The notes beneath the pieces were generated by a model, which was not told the origin of the DNA, made no database searches, and saw only the letters and a program-made list of their open reading frames with translations. Shown in pieces: positions 57,819 to 64,000 of a DNA stretch of 64,000 bases (its first letter is position 1; the number at the start of each line of letters is the position of its first letter). This DNA is from the human T2T-CHM13v2.0 reference genome, Homo sapiens. Location: the NCBI RefSeq assembly GCF_009914755.1, contig NC_060934.1, one strand, 5' to 3'. A program made the position numbers and the translations under genes.

Positions 57819-59451
57819 TTAGCATAAGCAAATGAATAATTTTGTTAATGCCTTTTGGGAGAAAATTATCACTTTAAGAGAAAAAAAGTTACAAGACAAA
57901 GTCAAAGACATTGGGGAAAAGCTTGCTACTCCTTGGCTTGAGTTGGTGATATTCGCATAAACTCATGACTTATCCATGACTCATCTTTCTGAAAAATGCA
58001 TACATCTTGCTCTGACAACCATAAACAACCACTCTAGAGCAATAGCTCTTTCTGTGCCTGGACGGTAGTTACGGAACACTATCTTCCGCTGTCAAGAATC
58101 CAGAGCTCCATGGAGAAATGGATGTTCTCAGGGCTGAGAGAAGATAAGGCTAAGGCAGTTTGTGACACTTAAAGCAACAACCCTATCAAATACCGTGAAG
58201 GCCATGTCCAGTGGCAGAGAAGTCCACTGGAAGGCGTCTAGCTGGGCAGAGGCGGAGTCACATGTGCATCCAAAAGACAAGAGCCACAGCAGATGAGAAC
58301 CCATCCCGACAGATTCAATACTGTGAGTTCATGTTCATGCCAAAAACACACACAGAAGCAAAAAATCAGAGGCCACTTTTGGAGCTTGCCAGAGCTCCAC
58401 ACATTACTCTAAAACCTGAAAATGCACCTCTCATATCTTGGATTACAGGGAGGGAACTCCACAAAAGGCTGCAGCCTCTGCTTTTTGAAACCCCTTGCTG
58501 TATTCCCACCAGTTGCTCCCTCAAGGACTGCAAGCTGCAGGATTTGCAGGAGCCATTCCTGGGAGACAGGGTCTCATGGCCAGGGTTGGCTCCAAGGACT
58601 CGGCACAGATCTTGCACCTTTCTTGGTATTGTTCTTACTGCACTTTCTACTGGGTCTTCTCCTGTCTCATCTTCCTTTATTTCACTCGCTTCCAATTTTT
58701 AAAAATCATGTGTAATGCTCTTGGCTTGTTTGTTTTCATGTCTTTGGATTTAAATGTCCAACATCAGGGAGAACCTGAAAGCAAGAGGTTCCCATTTTCG
58801 TCCCACAACAGATTAAGTCCTATAAGAAAAAGGAGTTCTGCTATGATCAACACCAAATTGTTAAACACGTGGACGTCTATGAAAGAGATTAGATACACAA
58901 GTATGTGTCCAAGAGATGGATTCTGATGGGCAGGACACTTCCTCTCAGCCAACAAGCTGACCCATCATTTTATAAGAGAAGTAAACACAAAACTAACCAC
59001 TGCATGCAGATAGATAACAGTGAATACGGTGTTGAAGACTCAAAGGAATAACAGAAGCATAAGAGCAACTTACTAAAAGAACTAAGAAAAAACTGTTTAA
59101 CCTACTGAATGCATATAGGAAACCATACATACATATGTAATATGTATGCTTGCATGTCTGTATGTGTATATGCAGATGTATATGTATGACAAATCCCATA
59201 AGAATTCATAGAAAAAATTCTTTTTTTAATAAAAGGAGTAAAAACAAGCTAACTTAAATTTTCTCTGCACTACTGAATGCAAGAAGCAATGAAATAGCAT
59301 ATCAACAGAAAGAAAAGTTTGAGATCCAAGAATTGTATAATCCAATCAAGATATATTTCAATGAGAACAAGACAGAATACTGTTGCCAGATATGTATAAT
59401 CGAGGGAATAGTTCATCTGCATATCCTTTGTGAAAATATGTGTTAGCCAAC

Positions 59452-59807
59452 TGGATTAGTTTGTTCTTATGCTGCTAATAAAGAGGTACCCGAGACTTGG
59501 TAATTTATAGAAGAAAGAGGTTTAATGGACTCACAGTTCCACATGGCTGGGGAGGCCTCACAATCATGGTGGAAGACAAAGGAAGAGGAAAGGGATGTCT
59601 TCTATGTCAGGAGGCAAAAGAGCGTGTGCAGGGGAACTCCTATTTTTTAAAACCATCAGATCTCATGAGACTTATTCACTACCACAAGAAGAGTATAGGG
59701 AAACCGCCACCGTGATTCAATTATCTCCACCTGGCCCCACCCTTGATATATGGGGATGATTACAATTCAAGATGAGAATTGGGTGGGGACACAGTGAGAC
59801 CATAACA
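59452..59807 (-). mobile_element. THE1 (B/C-like) solo LTR
   Basis: tggattagtttgttcttatgctgctaataaag...gactcacagttccacatggctggggaggcctcacaatcatgg...gggtggggacacag..accataaca; perfect 5-bp TSD ccaac. Confidence 0.94.
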
Positions 59808-60592
59808 CCAACCAAATACTGGCCAACACTTTAGAGTTGGACATTACAAGGCAGTGTTAGCACAGGTCATGCCATCAGGAACCCAGCGTACTGCGTGTTT
59901 TCAGGAGGCTTCGTCATCTGAGGTTCTGAAGGGCCTCCTGAGATGCGTGCTTCTCTGTTGCTGCCTCCTGTTGAATTCCAAGAACGTGTTGAGAAAGCAG
60001 CATTCATTTCCTGGGGGTACACACAGAAGCTCTTGCCAAATTTGAAACTCACCTAAAACAATGGCTGGTGCTGTTTCACTCCAGCGTTTCATAACCATGG
60101 CTCAGTTATCAATCATAACGTGGCATTTCACTGGGAAAATGAGTGACTAAAAGGCACTAGAGCTTGTTCACAGTATCTTCCTCCAGCAATGTGGTCACCC
60201 ACAGCAAGGTAATGGCTGTTCTCATCCACAAATAAATCGAGTAATGGTTCTGTGTCTTCAAAATTTACACTCAACTAGTGAAATCATATTTTCGATGAAG
60301 GGGAATTGAATACATCTTGTAGTAGAAGAGATTTTCTAGCATCAAGCCTACTTTCTCACCTCTGCCATTCCAGGTCATCTCTTTCTCTATTAATTTTTAC
60401 ATTGGTCTTTATATTGCACAATATTAAGTACATGTGAAAGAGATACACTGAAGCACTAAGACAATTCTTTTTCTGAGAAATACAGTTCTAGATCATCTGA
60501 AATGTCTTCCACAGGTTTTCATGTGTTTTTCAAATTTCATGAAGCCAGCATAATGATAAAGAATCCCTAAAAGACATTATGTCTTGTACTTA

Positions 60593-60672
60593 TCAGGTTG
60601 GTGCAAAAGTAATAGCAGTTTTTGCCATTAAAAGTAATAGCAAAAATCTCAGTAACTTTTGCACCAACCTAA
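60593..60672. mobile_element. MADE1 (Hsmar1 MITE), full 80 bp
   Basis: tcaggttggtgcaaaagtaatagcagtttttgccattaaaagtaatagcaaaaatctcagtaacttttgcaccaacctaa; TA TSD. Confidence 0.95.
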
Positions 60673-61904
60673 TAGTTATTGAAAACGTATTAAAATGCAT
60701 TCATGTACATTCATCAAAAAGGCGGGAGGACTGTAAGCCAAGCAATTTACAGTGGCACCATGGTTCCATATGGGCAATGGGACAATCAGTGTCGATATGG
60801 AATTTTCATCTTTAGTTCTTTGTATTCTCCAAATCTTCCATAATAAAATTATACTCAAAATAGCATTTGGCAGTTACTACTCACAAGGCAATCCACAGGC
60901 CCTGCAGAATGCAGAGGAACCCAAGCTATGGTCTCTATTCTGAAAAGGATGCAGGATGCACAGGTAAATACCTACTCCCGGGGTAACAGGTAAGATGTAA
61001 CAGGTAAGATGTGCTGCCTGGAGGAGCAAAATCGGGGTATTGCCAGGAGGCCTGGTATATGTGGTTATGCCTCACGTGACAGAAAACTTTGAAATGTTAA
61101 GAATGTATGCACACAGCTTTCCCCAGAGAGGGTTAGAACTTCAGCAGCAGGAAGGCAAGAATGTCAGTCAGGGGTTCAGCATGCATGGTACATGGGCCTG
61201 AACCTGGAAGGTTGCAAATGCCAAGTTATTACATTTGGGTTAGATGGGTTATTTAGAGGGAACCCAGGGGGCACACCCTGAAAGATCTGAGCCCAACTGC
61301 CAGCACTCTAATGGGTCTTTACGTAGAAGCATGGGAGAAGTGTGGCATACTCGTGTCCGCTACCAGCCAGGGAGCAATCACCCTGCTTGGAAGGAGGTTT
61401 AGAAAAAGGTTTAAACTTGGGGGATGGTTACTATTAAAAAAACTGGGAAAAGAGATGTCCATGTTTAAAACTGTTTGTGCTTCCCCATGAGAACTCCAGC
61501 AAGTATGGTTGTAACGGACTGGCAGAGCTTCAGGCCTGGAGTGCCGGTTGCTGGACTCAGGAGAACCACATCTCCTGCTCAGCGCAAATCATACAGCAAG
61601 TTCTGGGGTGTGTCCACAAGTGCCCCTGACTGCTCTGCAGGGGGAAGATGTGCAACGACCACCATCCCTCCAAAACCACACATTCAGGAATGCATATTCC
61701 ACCTTCCTTACAAAGCTTCCATGCAAAACGAGAGCCTTCTTCTCAGGATAAAAACTAACGGGATTTTCTATCTTGAAAAAACTCCTTTACATTCGAATAA
61801 AATGAAACTTTCCTCTTTCTCTCAAAGAAAGCCTTCCATTTATGACATAAAATGCAGAAGGAGAACATTTTTAAATTTGAAAATCTTAAACCTGCTCTTT
61901 CACT

Positions 61905-62250
61905 TTCACAGATAAAAATCCATTATTTCCCGATAACTTAGTGGCCGGAGCGAGATAAAACAAGACGTGATTGGAACTGAAAGCCGTCCAGTTTTATTTC
62001 TCCCCGCTCCTCTGATTTACTGTGAATCCTGGCTGTGTGCAGATGATGGCTGAGAGCAAAGGTTCACATCAATTGGAGCTCCAGGAAGAGCTGTCTCTGT
62101 GGGGGAAAACGTCACCTTCTTAGAACGCGTGAGCATCACCCACAAAACAGACAAGCCAGAGGAGATCAATGCGACAGAAATAGTTGTCACATCATGATTA
62201 GCGAACTATCGCTCATAATAATCTCCTTCAATAGACTCCGCAAAGGAGAG
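61905..62250. promoter_or_regulatory. GATA-motif/CpG-retaining enhancer-like block
   Basis: AGATAA 61910, CGATAA 61931, AGATAA 61953, GATTGG 61969; more CpG than the flanks; non-repetitive. Confidence 0.35.
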
Positions 62251-62922
62251 CTTGATTATTTGAACATATAGTAGTGTTCATTGTGGCTGGGCTGCACTTG
62301 CAGCCTAATTTGTATTTTTACAGTTTGTGACATTGGAAAGCTTGAGGTAATTTTCAGTACCTTATTAGGCATTTGAAATTCAGTTTGTAGCGTTCACTTC
62401 AAACATCCGCCTTTTCATTTAGCAGCGATTTAGCTGAGTGGGCTTGGGAGGGGACAACATCTGGGAAGCCACAGAGTCTCCAGGAAATGTCAAGAGTAAG
62501 CAGCCATCAATTCCCACAGAGAACAGAACAGGAGTAATCCTCTGTGGTCAGTGCAGTGACAGCCTCAGTCTTCAACAGGGAGCCCCAGTGCAGGTCTGGT
62601 TTGTAACCTCTAATTTGGTTTTGCACCTTACAAAAGACCTGAGACTTTGGGGTTTCCTTTGGGGACTTACAAAAAATCAGGTTCAATTCATGTCTCAGAA
62701 GAAAAAAAAAATTAGGACTACTGGAATTGTTTGCCTGCTCCCAGCGGAGGGCGAATGAAGTGATAGGGGTACAACACACAACAGGTTGCAAAAATTAGAG
62801 CCCACCCTCATGCCCTACAAACTTCTGCAGAGTAGAAGAAATGGACAAGGTCGGATTTAAAAAAAAAGAAAACAAAAGAACCCTGGGGAAACTGGAGCCT
62901 GTGCCACGCTGCACCCGCCAAA

Positions 62923-63071
62923 GCACACACACCCCGCACCCGCTAGTGTATACACACCCCACATTTGCCAGTGTACACGCACCCCACATTCACTAATGCA
63001 CATGCACCCCGCATCCACTAGTGCACACACACCCCGCATCCACTAGTGCACACACACCCTACATCCACTAG
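62923..63071 (+). repeat. 25-bp minisatellite, 6 copies
   Basis: Consensus gcacacacaccccgcatccactagt. Confidence 0.95.
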
Positions 63072-64000
63072 CACATTGGCTGTGGGCTCTCTGGTGCCCT
63101 GACCTGGCCTTCTATTCTTTGCTCCTCCTTGGAGAAGAAAAGATTGTTTTCATTTCTTTGAGTCCTCTTCACTAATCTTTAATCTGCCAAGTGAATCAAA
63201 TCCCACTGAACTATTAAGTGGACTTTTCCATCTTGAATAATATTTGCATTTTAATGTCTGTCAACTACATAAATTATTATAGTCCACCCTAGTGATGCTA
63301 ATGATAGAAATTTTAGGCACTTTGGTTGAAAAGACATTTCAGAATAAATGGAAATATAGGTGGCTTGCTTTTCAAGTTACGCAAATAGGTGTAAATTGGA
63401 CCAGAAATGAAATCCATCTTCAAAAAGTGTTGGGATGTAGCAAACAGTATTTACTTTCTAATTTAACCAAAGAACTTTAGACATACATTCTTAGCACTGT
63501 TCCATCCAGTCTGAAAATCAAGAGCTAATGGTAGAAACATCAAAAAAACCCTGTGGGTTTTTGTTCTGTTTTGTTTTTTGCTTTCATTTTTGTTTTTTTC
63601 TTTTTAGCACGTGAATAGAACTACATTAAAATATAAATTTTACTGAGGCTATTATACCCTTCAAATAGTTTCAGCTGTGGTGTTTAATTATACAGGAGGA
63701 AATAAGCAATTCACCATCTTTAACATCACTTGTTCCTTGGAAAGTCTGGTCAGGGGTTTTTTTGCTACGTCAACTTAGCACATATTTCACAGAGCAGAAA
63801 GCACTGGGTAGGGATGTGGTTGAGTTGGTGGTTTGGCCATGTTAGCAGCCAGGGTGGGTAACTGCATGATCAATCCAATTAGCTAAGCTGAATTTAACTG
63901 AAAACAGGACTTGAAACAATCATATGCCTCTCTCCTCCCCCAATTAATAGAACCTATTTACACTGTTTAGTTGAAAGCTATCTGATCAAGCTATTTGATA

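Noticed and set aside
62923-63071. Repeat arrays (also 54950-55045) as possible CRISPR arrays
   Set aside because: Head-to-tail units with no unique spacers, no cas genes, primate context.

Overview
Primate (human-like) non-coding genomic DNA, not prokaryotic. I found no credible protein-coding exon, tRNA, rRNA or CRISPR array. The supplied ORFs are Alu or microsatellite translations, chance ORFs, or broken L1 ORF2 pieces. The window holds about 17 Alu/FLAM/FAM copies (most with readable target-site duplications, TSDs), a 2.76-kb 5'-truncated L1PB1-like element, older L1M/L2/MIR debris, LTRs (THE1, MLT1, MLT2, MER51), DNA-transposon fossils (MER2, MER5, MER75, two MADE1), micro/minisatellites, one CpG-island-like block (~44.36-44.95 kb) and smaller CpG/GATA-rich enhancer-like blocks. 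The most unusual items are: (1) a THE1C LTR piece that looks L1-retroposed (5' truncated, ending at the LTR poly(A) site, A-tail, ~16-bp TSD), plus a possible second MER41-derived case; (2) a 195-bp unique segment copied from 2 kb away into a (TA)n tract; (3) a perfect 28-bp inverted copy 2.1 kb from its L1 source in a patchwork AT-rich scar; (4) three perfect 12-13-bp hairpins and several two-copy tandem duplications. These read as DNA-repair and retroposition fossils, and I see no evidence for a new gene system. Repeat subfamily calls come from recalled consensus sequences and need RepeatMasker/Dfam confirmation. I could not identify the locus.
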